The notes under the pieces are model-generated. The model saw only the letters and a program-made list of their open reading frames with translations, ran no database searches and was not told where the DNA came from. A DNA stretch of 64,000 bases, taken from Micavibrio sp. (lineage in GTDB: Bacteria; Pseudomonadota; Alphaproteobacteria; Micavibrionales; Micavibrionaceae). The stretch lies in NCBI GenBank assembly GCA_030824965.1, contig JAPJQV010000009.1, forward strand, positions 7,164-71,163, given 5' to 3'. Of the stretch, positions 18,400-28,478 are shown piece after piece. The translations under genes and the position numbers were made by a program. Position 1 is the stretch's first letter; each line of letters begins with the position of its first letter.

Positions 18400-19644
18400 A
18401 TGAATAGGCCGATTACGCATTTCATTCTTTTTGTATGTTTTTATCTCTCCCTGCTCAGGGCGTCGAATATCGGTTTGTTCTATCCCACAAGCGAGCTTTT
18501 GCTCGGAAGTATCGATTATACCTTGCCGAAAATACTTAATCTTTTGCTTCTGGCAGGCTTCGTCGCCTATGTCTTTCTCCTAAACGATTATTCCTTTATC
18601 CGCAAAGCCGTCAAAGATTTTCTGATACTGGCTTTGGGGCTTTGCGCCGTGGCCTCGCTGGCGATGTCGGTAAATATCAAAGAATCCGTCAAATATGTCG
18701 CAGCGATCATCGTCATGTCCTTCCCGGCAATCGTCTACATCGAAAAGAACGGCACGGAGAAGTATTTAAAAGCGTTAAGTTATTTCTTTATCGCTATGGC
18801 TTTTGCCAATCTGGCCTATCTTATTGTTATGCCACAATACGCGATCATGTCTGCCAACCACGCAGGTAAATGGCGAGGTCTTTTCGAACATAAGAATACA
18901 GCTGGACCATTCTTTGCAATTAGCTTTTTCATTATTCTCGACCAGCTAAGGAAACGCAATTTTCGCTATCAGGCATTGCCTGCAATCGCTTTATTGATTT
19001 GTCTTGTTTTTGTCGTTATGGCTCAATCGGCAACGGGACTTGTGGCGTTTCTGGCTATGGGCTCGTTTTATATGGCTTTCCATTTTATCTACCGTCTTTC
19101 AAATCCGCTCGAGCGCGTTACAGTACTGCTTCTTGCGCTATCCTTTGGTATAGCTTTTTTGTTTCTCGCCGGACCTTACATCCTGCAGCTTGTTTTTGAA
19201 CTGACCGGCAAAGACGCCACGCTGACCGGGCGAACCAATATATGGGCGCCTCTTATCGAAATGAGCTTTAAACGGCCTCTGTTAGGTTACGGTTTCGGCA
19301 TGGCCGAAAGACCGGAATTCATTCTCCTTGTAAACGGAGATATTGGCTTCGAAGCTCGCAATACGCATAATTCGTTTATAGATTTGCTGATTGGAATAGG
19401 CTATCCGGCGACTATTATTTTTATATGTCTTATATTCAGAACGTTATTTAAATCTTTATCGACATCTGTAACAAGGCTCGGCTGGCTTCAAACCAATGCG
19501 CTGGCGGCCAGTATTTTTGTTGTCATGATCGTTGTTGCTTGCTCGACAGGGGGCGTTTTTTTAAGCCGAACGATCTTTTGGCAGTTCAGCCTGATAGCTT
19601 TTTTAATTCTGTTCCGCTATTCAAGGCTCAAAGAGGAGGCCTAA
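18400..19644 (+). CDS. O-antigen ligase-family (Wzy-type) polysaccharide polymerase, about 10-12 TM
   Basis: Polytopic membrane protein with a large periplasmic loop near the C-terminus, placed between Wzc and modification genes. Confidence 0.7.
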   Translation: MNRPITHFILFVCFYLSLLRASNIGLFYPTSELLLGSIDYTLPKILNLLLLAGFVAYVFLLNDYSFIRKAVKDFLILALGLCAVASLAMSVNIKESVKYVAAIIVMSFPAIVYIEKNGTEKYLKALSYFFIAMAFANLAYLIVMPQYAIMSANHAGKWRGLFEHKNTAGPFFAISFFIILDQLRKRNFRYQALPAIALLICLVFVVMAQSATGLVAFLAMGSFYMAFHFIYRLSNPLERVTVLLLALSFGIAFLFLAGPYILQLVFELTGKDATLTGRTNIWAPLIEMSFKRPLLGYGFGMAERPEFILLVNGDIGFEARNTHNSFIDLLIGIGYPATIIFICLIFRTLFKSLSTSVTRLGWLQTNALAASIFVVMIVVACSTGGVFLSRTIFWQFSLIAFLILFRYSRLKEEA

Positions 19645-19651
19645 AATATAA

Positions 19652-21523
19652 ATGCCCGCCAATTATCGCTATGACATAGAAGGCTTAAGGGCTATCGCCA
19701 TACTTGCCGTATTGATATTTCATATCAACCCGCGCCTTCTCGACGGCGGCTATGTGGGAGTCGATATTTTTTTTGTAATTTCCGGATATCTAATCACCGG
19801 TCATTTGTTGCGGGATTTGGCGAACAACGATTTCTCTTTCAAAGAATTTTATCTGAAGCGAATCCGCAGACTCTACCCTGCGCTTTTTACCATGCTGCTA
19901 GTAACGTCGGCTGCGGTTTATAAAATATTCCTTCCCGGCGATATCCAGCAATTCGGCTTAAGCCTTATAGGCTCAATTTTTTACGTCTCGAATATCTTCT
20001 TCTATACCAAAAGCGACTATTTCAACTCAGAACTGGAAAATAGCTCTCTATTGCACACCTGGTCGCTCTCGGTCGAAGAACAGTTTTATCTACTCTTTCC
20101 AATCCTTCTTTTTTTCTGTTTTGCGAAATGCAGAAAATATTTATTACCGATATTGGTCTGTCTGGCTTTATTTTCTTTCGCAGCTTCTGAGATTCTATTG
20201 CGTTCCGACCGCGCTGCGGCTTTCTTTTTATCACCGTTGCGGTTCTGGCAATTTATGGCGGGCGCTTTGATCGTTTTAATTAAACAGCCATTGACCGTAA
20301 AACGTCCCTTGTTAGAAGGACTTGTTCTATTTGGTTTGCTTTTACTCGGACTTGCGGTTTTATTTTTCGACAGCACGACGCCTTTTCCTGGCATTTACGC
20401 TCTACTGCCAACACTTGGTACGACTTTTATCATTTATGCGGGACAGCGTCAGGGCCTTTTTTTATCTGGCTTTTTGTCAATTGCTCCGGCAAGGTTTTTT
20501 GGCAAGATTTCCTATTCCCTTTATCTGTGGCATTGGCCGCTCATCGCCATTTACAGGTATCGCTTTTCGGCGGAATTCAGTTGGACTGCGCAAATTATGC
20601 TTTTTATTCTGTCCGTTGTGCTGGGTTATTTAAGTTTCCGATTTATTGAAAGACCGGCCCGACATATACAATTGAATAGGGCGCTTGCTTATAAAGCGGT
20701 GGCTGTTTCTTTGATAGGCACTCTAATCGGCTTTACGTTTTACAAATATACGAGTTCGGTAAATGCCGTAGCTGATGTAAATGCAATTGCTCAATATATA
20801 GATTACAGCCAAAAATCTGAAAATCGAATTGGCACTTGTTTCCTTACTTCTGGCAATCGAAGCTCTAAAGATTTCAATCGCAACCAATGTCTGCGTCTTT
20901 CCACTACGCGCACAAACATGCTGTTGATGGGCGATAGTCATGCCGCCCAATATTACGATGCCATGCAGCGGCTTAATCCGGGTATTAACATTTTGCAGGC
21001 CACATCTTCCGGTTGCAAGCCTGTATTAAATGCAAAAGGAGAGGAGAGATGCACAGGCGTCATGGAAGAAATGCTTGAAGATTTTATCCCCTCTCATGAT
21101 CTGGATATTATAGTAATAGCGGCAAGGTGGGAGGAAAAAGATATTCCTTCGATGCTGGAAACAGTCAAATATATTTCTCCGTATACAAAGAAAGTAATCA
21201 TCTTGGGGCCGATTATCGAATATGCGGTACCGTTACCACGGCTTTTAGTTTTTTCTATCAAGGAAAATGATGATGGATATATTGTACGTCGCTCGGCCAA
21301 ATACAAAGACATTCGCAAAACCGATATTTTAATGCGTGAGAATATAGACTTTCAAACGGCATTTTATTATTCAACGCTGGACGCTATTTGCCCGAAAAGT
21401 GAGTGCAAAACCTTAGCTGCGCCGCACGTGCCTATGCAATTTGACTACGGACACCTGACCTATGAAGGAGCAGCCTTCATGGTAAACGACATGAAGAAAG
21501 CCGGAATTTTTAATCTACCCTAA
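19652..21523 (+). CDS. acyltransferase-3 (OafA/OatA-like) membrane domain fused to a C-terminal SGNH-type domain (623 aa)
   Basis: Acyltransferase-3 signature GLRAIAILAVLIFHI ... VDIFFVISGYLI; a soluble domain of about 250 aa after the last TM with MGDSHA-like SGNH block. Confidence 0.8.
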   Translation: MPANYRYDIEGLRAIAILAVLIFHINPRLLDGGYVGVDIFFVISGYLITGHLLRDLANNDFSFKEFYLKRIRRLYPALFTMLLVTSAAVYKIFLPGDIQQFGLSLIGSIFYVSNIFFYTKSDYFNSELENSSLLHTWSLSVEEQFYLLFPILLFFCFAKCRKYLLPILVCLALFSFAASEILLRSDRAAAFFLSPLRFWQFMAGALIVLIKQPLTVKRPLLEGLVLFGLLLLGLAVLFFDSTTPFPGIYALLPTLGTTFIIYAGQRQGLFLSGFLSIAPARFFGKISYSLYLWHWPLIAIYRYRFSAEFSWTAQIMLFILSVVLGYLSFRFIERPARHIQLNRALAYKAVAVSLIGTLIGFTFYKYTSSVNAVADVNAIAQYIDYSQKSENRIGTCFLTSGNRSSKDFNRNQCLRLSTTRTNMLLMGDSHAAQYYDAMQRLNPGINILQATSSGCKPVLNAKGEERCTGVMEEMLEDFIPSHDLDIIVIAARWEEKDIPSMLETVKYISPYTKKVIILGPIIEYAVPLPRLLVFSIKENDDGYIVRRSAKYKDIRKTDILMRENIDFQTAFYYSTLDAICPKSECKTLAAPHVPMQFDYGHLTYEGAAFMVNDMKKAGIFNLP

Positions 21524-21525
21524 TC

Positions 21526-22659
21526 TTATGGTGCAGAAAGATTAGGATTTCCTTCGTCGCTAATCTTGCGGCGCGGCTCAAAGAGTTTTCTCAAAACAAG
21601 ACGTCCCGGCTTTTCAATAAGTTGATATGTTACCGCTGCGAATAAGATGCAAATACATAATTTGAGAATAATCAGCATAAGATTGGGCATGGGAATGCCG
21701 AAATTTAAAATCTGTGTTTTCAAGGATGCAGAAAACCATGAACTCATTTCATGAGTCAGGTAAAATGAATAAGAAATAACGCCAAGGAAATGGATGGGTT
21801 TCCAGCTAAATATTTTTGCAACAAGGGATTGGTCATCCACAAGGCTAATGATTAGAAGCGGTAAAAGATAAATAATGAAAATATCGCTGTTGGGAATTGC
21901 CAATAAAATTATGATAACACTCAGAACTGCTGCGGACACAAAATTGCTATTCAAAATTTTGGCCTTTTCTGATGCTGCAAAACGGTAACAAGTCATGCCA
22001 AGTGTAAATTCGGCAATACAGCGAATAAGAGGGAATAGGGTTGTTCCTTTCCAAAGGGCTAAAGGACCATGTTCCGGAGAAATCTCAGTCAATTCGCGAG
22101 GTAATAGGCTGAGACATGTGAGGCAGGCGAGACATGCTAAAAAGGTAACAACACAATTTTTTGCCGAATTTGTAAGCGTTATGCCGATAATCAAAGGAAA
22201 TAATATATAAGCCGCCCATTCGGCGCTGATGGACCATGAGACCGAAACGACGCTCAGTCCTAGTCCCCAGGATTGAACCATTAAAAGATTTGCCATTAAG
22301 TCTTTTAAGGTGATCGGTTCATTATACATTTTGAAATTATCGGTCAAAGCCAGAAAGGTTACAGTCACGCCAAATACAAATAAAAATAGCGGGTAGATCC
22401 TGGCCAGTCTGCGTAAAATGAACTTTGTTAAAGAAGCTCGGGTTACGCCCTTCTGAAACATAGGGCTGTAAACGAGCGCGATGACAAATCCACTTAGTAT
22501 GAAAAAAAGATCGACGGCCAGATAACCATGAAGAACGATTTCTTTTAAAGGGCCGCTTAATAACTCATTTAGATGAAAATGGAAGAACACCACGTATAAC
22601 GCAGCAATACCTCGCAAACCTGTAAAAGATTTTATTTCCTGGTTATTAATTCCCCCCAT
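21526..22659 (-). CDS. acyltransferase-3 family O-acyltransferase (377 aa)
   Basis: FTGLRGIAALYVVFFHF ... GYLAVDLFFILSGFVIALVY; close paralog of the gene at 28479-29594. Confidence 0.8.
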   Translation of the reverse strand: MGGINNQEIKSFTGLRGIAALYVVFFHFHLNELLSGPLKEIVLHGYLAVDLFFILSGFVIALVYSPMFQKGVTRASLTKFILRRLARIYPLFLFVFGVTVTFLALTDNFKMYNEPITLKDLMANLLMVQSWGLGLSVVSVSWSISAEWAAYILFPLIIGITLTNSAKNCVVTFLACLACLTCLSLLPRELTEISPEHGPLALWKGTTLFPLIRCIAEFTLGMTCYRFAASEKAKILNSNFVSAAVLSVIIILLAIPNSDIFIIYLLPLLIISLVDDQSLVAKIFSWKPIHFLGVISYSFYLTHEMSSWFSASLKTQILNFGIPMPNLMLIILKLCICILFAAVTYQLIEKPGRLVLRKLFEPRRKISDEGNPNLSAP

Positions 22660-22663
22660 CTAA

Positions 22664-23635
22664 TTATTTGTCCTCTTTAATTCCGATCGTACTATGGATG
22701 ATATAAAGAGGGCGGTTACGCACTTCTTCTGAAATACGTCCGACATACTCGCCGAGAATGCCCAGCGAGATGAAATTGAAAGAGCCTATGGTAAGGGTGA
22801 CCACCATAAGGGAAGCGTAACCAGGTAAGTCGATACCGAAAATCAAGGTTCTAATCACAATGAAAAAAGCATATATAAGCGCGATAGCGGCCATCGTAAT
22901 TCCAATATAGGTCCACATCCGAAGCGGTACCGTGGTCGACCCCGTAATGCCGTCCAGGGCGAAATTCCAAAGCCTCCAGTATTTAAATTTGGTCTGTCCG
23001 GCAATGCGCGGCATGCGCGTATATTCTACCGTCGCTTGTTCATATCCGACCCATGAAAAAAGCGCTTTCATGAAGCGGTTACGCTCTGTGAACTGGTTAA
23101 GAGTATCGACAACCTCGCGGTCCAGAAGGCGGAAATCTCCCACGTTGCGCGGGATTTCCTGATGCGAGATTTTATTGAACAAATCATAGAATAAATTGGC
23201 GGTGTAGCGTTTTACCCAGCTATCGGAGTCACGATTAACGCGTTTGGCGTTTACGACTTGCGCACCTTTCATCCATTCTTCGACAAGTCTGATAACCATC
23301 TCCGGTGGGTCTTGCAGGTCGACATCGATCGGAATAACGGCATCGCCGGACGCATATTTAAGTCCGGCGGCCAGTGCCGCTTCCTTGCCGAAATTACGCG
23401 ATAGACGAACCAGCTTTATGTCGGAACGGGTTTTGGCAATGCGCATGATGATCGAAACAGTTTTATCTTTACTCCCGTCATCGATAAAAACAATTTCTTG
23501 CGATGATCCTTCGGGCAAAAGTGCAAGGGACTGGTCGAGCGACGGCTGTATGCCCTGTAAAAACATTTCGATCACGTCTTCTTCATTCATGACCGGACAG
23601 ACAATAGAAATCAGTTTTGGAGTAGTAAAAGTCAT
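22664..23635 (-). CDS. GtrB-like polyisoprenyl-phosphate glycosyltransferase (GT2, two C-terminal TM helices)
   Basis: ISIVCPVMNEE ... IVFIDDGSKD DXD region, GT2 fold, C-terminal membrane anchor; ATGA-type 4-nt overlap with the gtrA-like gene. Confidence 0.8.
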   Translation of the reverse strand: MTFTTPKLISIVCPVMNEEDVIEMFLQGIQPSLDQSLALLPEGSSQEIVFIDDGSKDKTVSIIMRIAKTRSDIKLVRLSRNFGKEAALAAGLKYASGDAVIPIDVDLQDPPEMVIRLVEEWMKGAQVVNAKRVNRDSDSWVKRYTANLFYDLFNKISHQEIPRNVGDFRLLDREVVDTLNQFTERNRFMKALFSWVGYEQATVEYTRMPRIAGQTKFKYWRLWNFALDGITGSTTVPLRMWTYIGITMAAIALIYAFFIVIRTLIFGIDLPGYASLMVVTLTIGSFNFISLGILGEYVGRISEEVRNRPLYIIHSTIGIKEDK

Positions 23636-24060
23636 GACGCTGTCCTTTTTGTACGAAATGCCCAGAATTTGCTTAAAAGATAAGTGACGATAGGAATGAT
23701 GACGATAGAAATCATAAGCTTGATCATATCAGTCGAGATGTCGAGTTTGATTAAGATAAAAAGTAAGGCTGTGCTGGCGGCAAGTCCTGACAGGGCCACG
23801 GCAAGGAATTTCAGGAAGCTTTCTTTCTGTGAAGTCTTGCCTTGAAACGTCCAATGATGGTGTCCCAGAAAAGACACAGCAAAAGCGATCATAAACGCCA
23901 TGAGATTGATCAGGATTAAAGGTATTTCGGTGTAGGCTGAAAGAAAGAAAGCGACCCCCAGATGAACCAGGGTTGCGGCAACGCCGACGATGCCGAACCT
24001 TGCCAGTTCAAATACATGCGAGATAAGGTTTCTTAAATCAGACATTCTTTTGTCTTCCAA
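23632..24060 (-). CDS. GtrA-family small membrane protein (lipid-linked sugar translocation)
   Basis: 142 aa, four TM; FGIVGVAATLVHLGVAFFLS is GtrA-like; positioned directly before the GtrB-like gene. Confidence 0.75.
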   Translation of the reverse strand: MEDKRMSDLRNLISHVFELARFGIVGVAATLVHLGVAFFLSAYTEIPLILINLMAFMIAFAVSFLGHHHWTFQGKTSQKESFLKFLAVALSGLAASTALLFILIKLDISTDMIKLMISIVIIPIVTYLLSKFWAFRTKRTAS

Positions 24061-25729
24061 ATATTTTTATACCTAATGTGAATATAACCAATCCTAATAG
24101 GGATATCAGGCTGGCAATCTTACCAGTTCTTTCCTGTGTGGTTTCTACACGATAGATTGTGATTTCATGCATGCCTTTTGGTAGGTCAAACGTAACCAGC
24201 TTGCCGCGTTCGGCGGGACGAACTTCTATATTCGCGCCATTGCGGTCTTTGGCGGCCCAGCCGGGGAAATAAAACTGGCGAATACTTATACTCGCTTGTG
24301 TTGTTATATTTGCTTTGACGATAAATTCGCCGTCTTGCGGCGTTGCTACTGTAATTTCGCCGTTGCCGTCGATAATTTTTGCAGTGAAAATATTCTTTTC
24401 ATTGGGCAGGGCTTTCGATCTGTCTCGGGTTCTGCCCATATCGACGGGATAATATTCCAGAGGTGACATTCTTGCCTGAACACTGCTCCAGTTTAAGATG
24501 GAAGTTCTGTTTTGAGCGCCTTTAAATTTTTGTATGAAATCATAGCCTTGAAACAAAGCAAGGCAGGAAAATAGCGTGACGGCAACAATAATAATCCGGC
24601 GGCATTGCGCTGGCGCCGCATTCGAAGCAATCACCATCGCCGCTGTTATGCTGGCAAATTCTAACATGACGATCATGCGCCACAAGAACTGGATCTTGTA
24701 ATAGGGTGAAGGTTTGATGAAAATAAACCCAAAAAATCCGAACATACAAAGGCATAAGAAAGCCGCTACGGAAATCCAGAAAATGGCGTCGCTCTTTTTG
24801 AGCAGGAATTCCACGAATAAATAAGTCAGCAATCCGATATAGACGCATACAGTTAGGAACAGTTTAAACGGGAAATATAAATTTGCGGGTGGATTGGCGA
24901 TGGCTCCTAGAAGCGATGAGCTGCGTACGGAAAACATATGCAGTGCGCCGGAATTGATGAAATCCATCATTGTCAGTGCAGGCACCAGATAAATCGCAGC
25001 AAGCCCAAGGCCAATTGATCCTGCTATGCCTAAGAATATTATTTTACGGATAGTATCGTTCGGGCTTTTTCTTGTTTTGAATAAAAGCCAAAGCGTATAG
25101 AGCGCAACCGGAGGGGCGACGATCAATGCTGTCAATAAGTGGGTAAGAAATAATCCTGTCAGGCTCAAGGTTAATAGCAATGCCCAATGCGAATTGTTGT
25201 CCTGAACGATTTTATAAATTCCGGTAAGGATTAAGGGTATCCATATATAAGCGGCAAACTCTGCCAGTGCAGCGCGTAAATAAAAATCGCCCAGCAGATG
25301 GTAAGGGGCGATCATATAGGCGATTGCAAACAAAATCGAAAGTCGTGGACTTAAAAAATTACGCGCCCATAAATAAAACGCACCCCCGGAGGATAAACAC
25401 ATTAGATAAGATGAAATCGCAAGGACATGATCCGCAGGGAACAGTCTTAACGTAAGGAAATCCGTCATTAGATGAAAATAATTCGCCATCGGCGGATAAA
25501 AGAAAAACACGGGGCTGCCTAAACCCTGATATTGGTCCGCAGCCCAGCGCGGGTATAAATGCCCGGCATCAAAGCCATCCTTGAAAGACAGAAACCATGA
25601 GAGATGCCATAGAACGTCATGGGCGTCTTGCATGCCGAAAACCATGGCAGGCAACATCATGATTGTAATAAGCGCGACACCTAGAAAACCAAGCGCTGCA
25701 GTCAATTTATCGGATCGGGAAAAATTCAT
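24038..25729 (-). CDS. polytopic membrane protein, putative GT-C-type glycosyltransferase (563 aa), paralog A
   Basis: About 12 TM N-terminal domain with conserved first periplasmic loop D.GHLYPRW..DQ..G.GSP.FFFYPP, plus a C-terminal soluble domain; co-operonic with gtrA/gtrB-like genes. Confidence 0.7.
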   Translation of the reverse strand: MNFSRSDKLTAALGFLGVALITIMMLPAMVFGMQDAHDVLWHLSWFLSFKDGFDAGHLYPRWAADQYQGLGSPVFFFYPPMANYFHLMTDFLTLRLFPADHVLAISSYLMCLSSGGAFYLWARNFLSPRLSILFAIAYMIAPYHLLGDFYLRAALAEFAAYIWIPLILTGIYKIVQDNNSHWALLLTLSLTGLFLTHLLTALIVAPPVALYTLWLLFKTRKSPNDTIRKIIFLGIAGSIGLGLAAIYLVPALTMMDFINSGALHMFSVRSSSLLGAIANPPANLYFPFKLFLTVCVYIGLLTYLFVEFLLKKSDAIFWISVAAFLCLCMFGFFGFIFIKPSPYYKIQFLWRMIVMLEFASITAAMVIASNAAPAQCRRIIIVAVTLFSCLALFQGYDFIQKFKGAQNRTSILNWSSVQARMSPLEYYPVDMGRTRDRSKALPNEKNIFTAKIIDGNGEITVATPQDGEFIVKANITTQASISIRQFYFPGWAAKDRNGANIEVRPAERGKLVTFDLPKGMHEITIYRVETTQERTGKIASLISLLGLVIFTLGIKIFGRQKNV

Positions 25730-27450
25730 GTCGTTTCTGGCTTATGGCTGTTGCATCGCAAAAGGACACTACAAAAGAGCCAGATAACGGTCAAGAAAAG
25801 AGATATAATACTGATCGCTATCCCGACCTTTTCCGGCCAGGTTTTTGCGCGCTTTAATGTTACTTTGTGCTTTCCCTCCGGAATATCGACCGTCAGTAAT
25901 CGGTCTTCCATAGCGGGGCGCACAGTTAACGAGTTTCCATCTTGGGTAATGGCCTGCCAGCCGGGGAAATAAAATTGGTGGACAGCCACCGTCAGGGCTT
26001 TCTCGGAGTTCGTTTCCAGTAAAAATCTATCTGCGCTTCGTTCGGCTCTGACGTGGCCTTGGCCCGATATGATCAGGATATGTGCCGGATTGTGTTTATA
26101 GTCTTGCAACCGCTCCGCCATTTTATCCGGCACGCGCGGGAAGTTAGTTCTGGCCGGGAAATATTCCAGAGGGCTAAAACGTCCCGAAACCTGAATCCAG
26201 TTCAGAACGGAAACCTGATGGCGCATCGAATGCATTCTTTTTTCAATAAGATAACCGAAATAGATGCAGCAGCTTAAAACCCCGATGCCAAATAAAAACA
26301 CGGAATATTTTTTTCCTTCCAGTAGGCAGCGGTTAACGGCAATCATCGCAGCGGTAATCGTTGCAAATTCCATCAGCGATAAAAACCGCCATGCGAATTG
26401 CATTTCTTTGAAAGGCGATGGTGAGGTAAACAGGAATGGAAGCGCACCGTTCATAACGGCAAAAGCAGCCAACGACACGCCCGCCCAGAAATTGCGGTGG
26501 CATATCATTATAAAAAAGGAAAGCACTGCATAGACTACCGAGATTATAAAGGTCTGGAAAATCGAATAGTGCCATTTTGACGGATCGAATATCGCTTTAT
26601 ATATATAACTATCTTCCAATGGCCATGCGCGAAGCCCGTCTGTATTGATAAAGTCCATCAGCATCAAGGCGGGGACAAAATAAACAGCGGCCAGTCCGAT
26701 GCCTGCTATTCCAGCGCCCGCCATGATTGTGGCGTTGCGGATATTTCTTCGCTTATAAAAAAGCCATAGCGCATAAACCGCCGCCGCCGGAGCGATAATC
26801 ATGGCGGTTAAGAGATGTGTCATGAATAATCCGGCGACGCTGCCGATTAATATAAAAATCCATTTGCGGCTATCGCCGTTTAGCAGATGATGAATTCCGG
26901 CGAAGATCAGGGGTATCCAGATATAGGCCGCAAACTCAGCCATCGCGCCGCGAACATAGAAATTTATCAGGAAATGATACGGCGCTAGCGCGTAAAAAAG
27001 CGCGGCCATCATGCCAAGTCGCGCCGCGCAAAAATTCCGTATCCAGATAAAAAAGGATGCGCCCGAGAGGGCGGACATCAACAAGGCGCAGACGGCCAGA
27101 AGATGGTCTTCCTTGATGGATTTAAAGGTTAGGAAATCGATTAGTAAATAAAAGTAATTCGTGAATGGCGGATAGAAATACAGAGCAGGGCTCCCCATCC
27201 CGAAAAACTGGTCCGGCATCCATCTTGGATAAAATGCGCCGTCCTCAAAAGTTTCCCGGAATGACAGGAACCATGAAAGATGAATACCGATATCGAAACC
27301 GCTTTTGACTCCGTGGGCCAGGGCGGGAAAGAACGCGGCTAATAAAATGATGTCCGCAACAAGTAAAAGCCATAGATTGGAGATATAGCGGGTTTTTAAA
27401 AACATCGTTTTTCTGTTTTTACGGCTTGTCAGTTGCTGTTTAAATGTCAT
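25726..27450 (-). CDS. polytopic membrane protein, putative GT-C-type glycosyltransferase (574 aa), paralog B
   Basis: Collinear similarity to 24038-25729 (EDGAFYPRWMPDQFFGMGSPALYFYPP; shared GAMAEFAAYIWIPLI block); 4-nt overlap with paralog A. Confidence 0.7.
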   Translation of the reverse strand: MTFKQQLTSRKNRKTMFLKTRYISNLWLLLVADIILLAAFFPALAHGVKSGFDIGIHLSWFLSFRETFEDGAFYPRWMPDQFFGMGSPALYFYPPFTNYFYLLIDFLTFKSIKEDHLLAVCALLMSALSGASFFIWIRNFCAARLGMMAALFYALAPYHFLINFYVRGAMAEFAAYIWIPLIFAGIHHLLNGDSRKWIFILIGSVAGLFMTHLLTAMIIAPAAAVYALWLFYKRRNIRNATIMAGAGIAGIGLAAVYFVPALMLMDFINTDGLRAWPLEDSYIYKAIFDPSKWHYSIFQTFIISVVYAVLSFFIMICHRNFWAGVSLAAFAVMNGALPFLFTSPSPFKEMQFAWRFLSLMEFATITAAMIAVNRCLLEGKKYSVFLFGIGVLSCCIYFGYLIEKRMHSMRHQVSVLNWIQVSGRFSPLEYFPARTNFPRVPDKMAERLQDYKHNPAHILIISGQGHVRAERSADRFLLETNSEKALTVAVHQFYFPGWQAITQDGNSLTVRPAMEDRLLTVDIPEGKHKVTLKRAKTWPEKVGIAISIISLFLTVIWLFCSVLLRCNSHKPETT

Positions 27451-27489
27451 AAATAGCCTTTTAAAGCAATATTATTATCCACGGAAATT

Positions 27490-28470
27490 ATGAATTCTGC
27501 CGTCCAGCATCTGTATCAACGTCATAACGGCATAGACGCTTTTCGCTATATTGCTTTTATTTTCGTTGTGCTTCTCCATTGTTTTGTAACTTCAGATCAG
27601 GAGTTTCACTACAGTATTTGGGTGTATCAGGCAGGCCGCTTCGCGGTGCCGTTTTTCTTTATCGCCAGTGGCTACTTTATGGCTCGAAGCGATCATAAAT
27701 TTCTAGAAGGAGTGATAAAAGTTGCTAAAAGGCTGGCACCGATTTTTATAGTTTGGCTACTTATTTATTTTCTATTATTTGGACAAATCAAAGATTTATT
27801 ACAGTTAAAATCTGTAGTTCGCCTGCTTATAACAGGGGGGAAAGCTTCCTTTCATCTCTGGTTTTTACCAGCTTTGGGTATCTCTATGATTATGATTCTC
27901 GGGCTTAAAAGATTTTCAATGAATCTTTCAATTTTTGTGGCTTTTTTTCTCTTCCTTTTCGGTTTATTGAAAGGACCATATAGAGAATTTTTTGATATTG
28001 CAGCGCTACCTATCAGTAGCAGAAATGGGCCGTTTTTTTCCTTTGCTTTCGTGCTAACAGGTTATTTAATCTCCCGAAAAAAAATAAGCTTAAGTACTAG
28101 ATGGGCGATTTTTACTATGCTATTTGGCTTATCTTTGCAGATATCAGAAGCGTTTTTAATTTCATATTTTTCGAATGCACGTTTTATTCATCATGATTTT
28201 CTAATTGGCACTTATTTTTTTGGCGTTGGTGTTTTTTTTATTGCCTTGAATACGCCGTCCTCGAAGCCGGTCGATTTTCTGGCCAGACTTGGTGCAGTCA
28301 GCCTAGGCATGTATTGCATTCACCTCATGTTTATCCGTTGGATGGAAGGATATTTCGAAAGAAGTATTCTGGCCGAAGATGTGATTATAGTCTTTACGGT
28401 TATAATCCTTTCGACAATTTCAAGTTTTCTGTTGTCTAAAATTCCTTATCTTAGAAAGCTTGTCTCATAA
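27490..28470 (+). CDS. acyltransferase-3 family O-acyltransferase (326 aa)
   Basis: GIDAFRYIAFIFVVLLHC ... AVPFFFIASGYFMA; 10 TM. Confidence 0.75.
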   Translation: MNSAVQHLYQRHNGIDAFRYIAFIFVVLLHCFVTSDQEFHYSIWVYQAGRFAVPFFFIASGYFMARSDHKFLEGVIKVAKRLAPIFIVWLLIYFLLFGQIKDLLQLKSVVRLLITGGKASFHLWFLPALGISMIMILGLKRFSMNLSIFVAFFLFLFGLLKGPYREFFDIAALPISSRNGPFFSFAFVLTGYLISRKKISLSTRWAIFTMLFGLSLQISEAFLISYFSNARFIHHDFLIGTYFFGVGVFFIALNTPSSKPVDFLARLGAVSLGMYCIHLMFIRWMEGYFERSILAEDVIIVFTVIILSTISSFLLSKIPYLRKLVS

Positions 28471-28478
28471 AGCGACCA

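Noticed and set aside
19741-28240. T7-T8 homopolymer runs inside acyltransferase genes (about 19776-19783, about 28232-28239) as possible slipped-strand phase-variation switches
   Set aside because: They encode Phe-Phe(-Phe) in very hydrophobic membrane proteins in an AT-leaning genome. No repeat is near the start codon and there are no polyG/C tracts, so phase variation is not supported.
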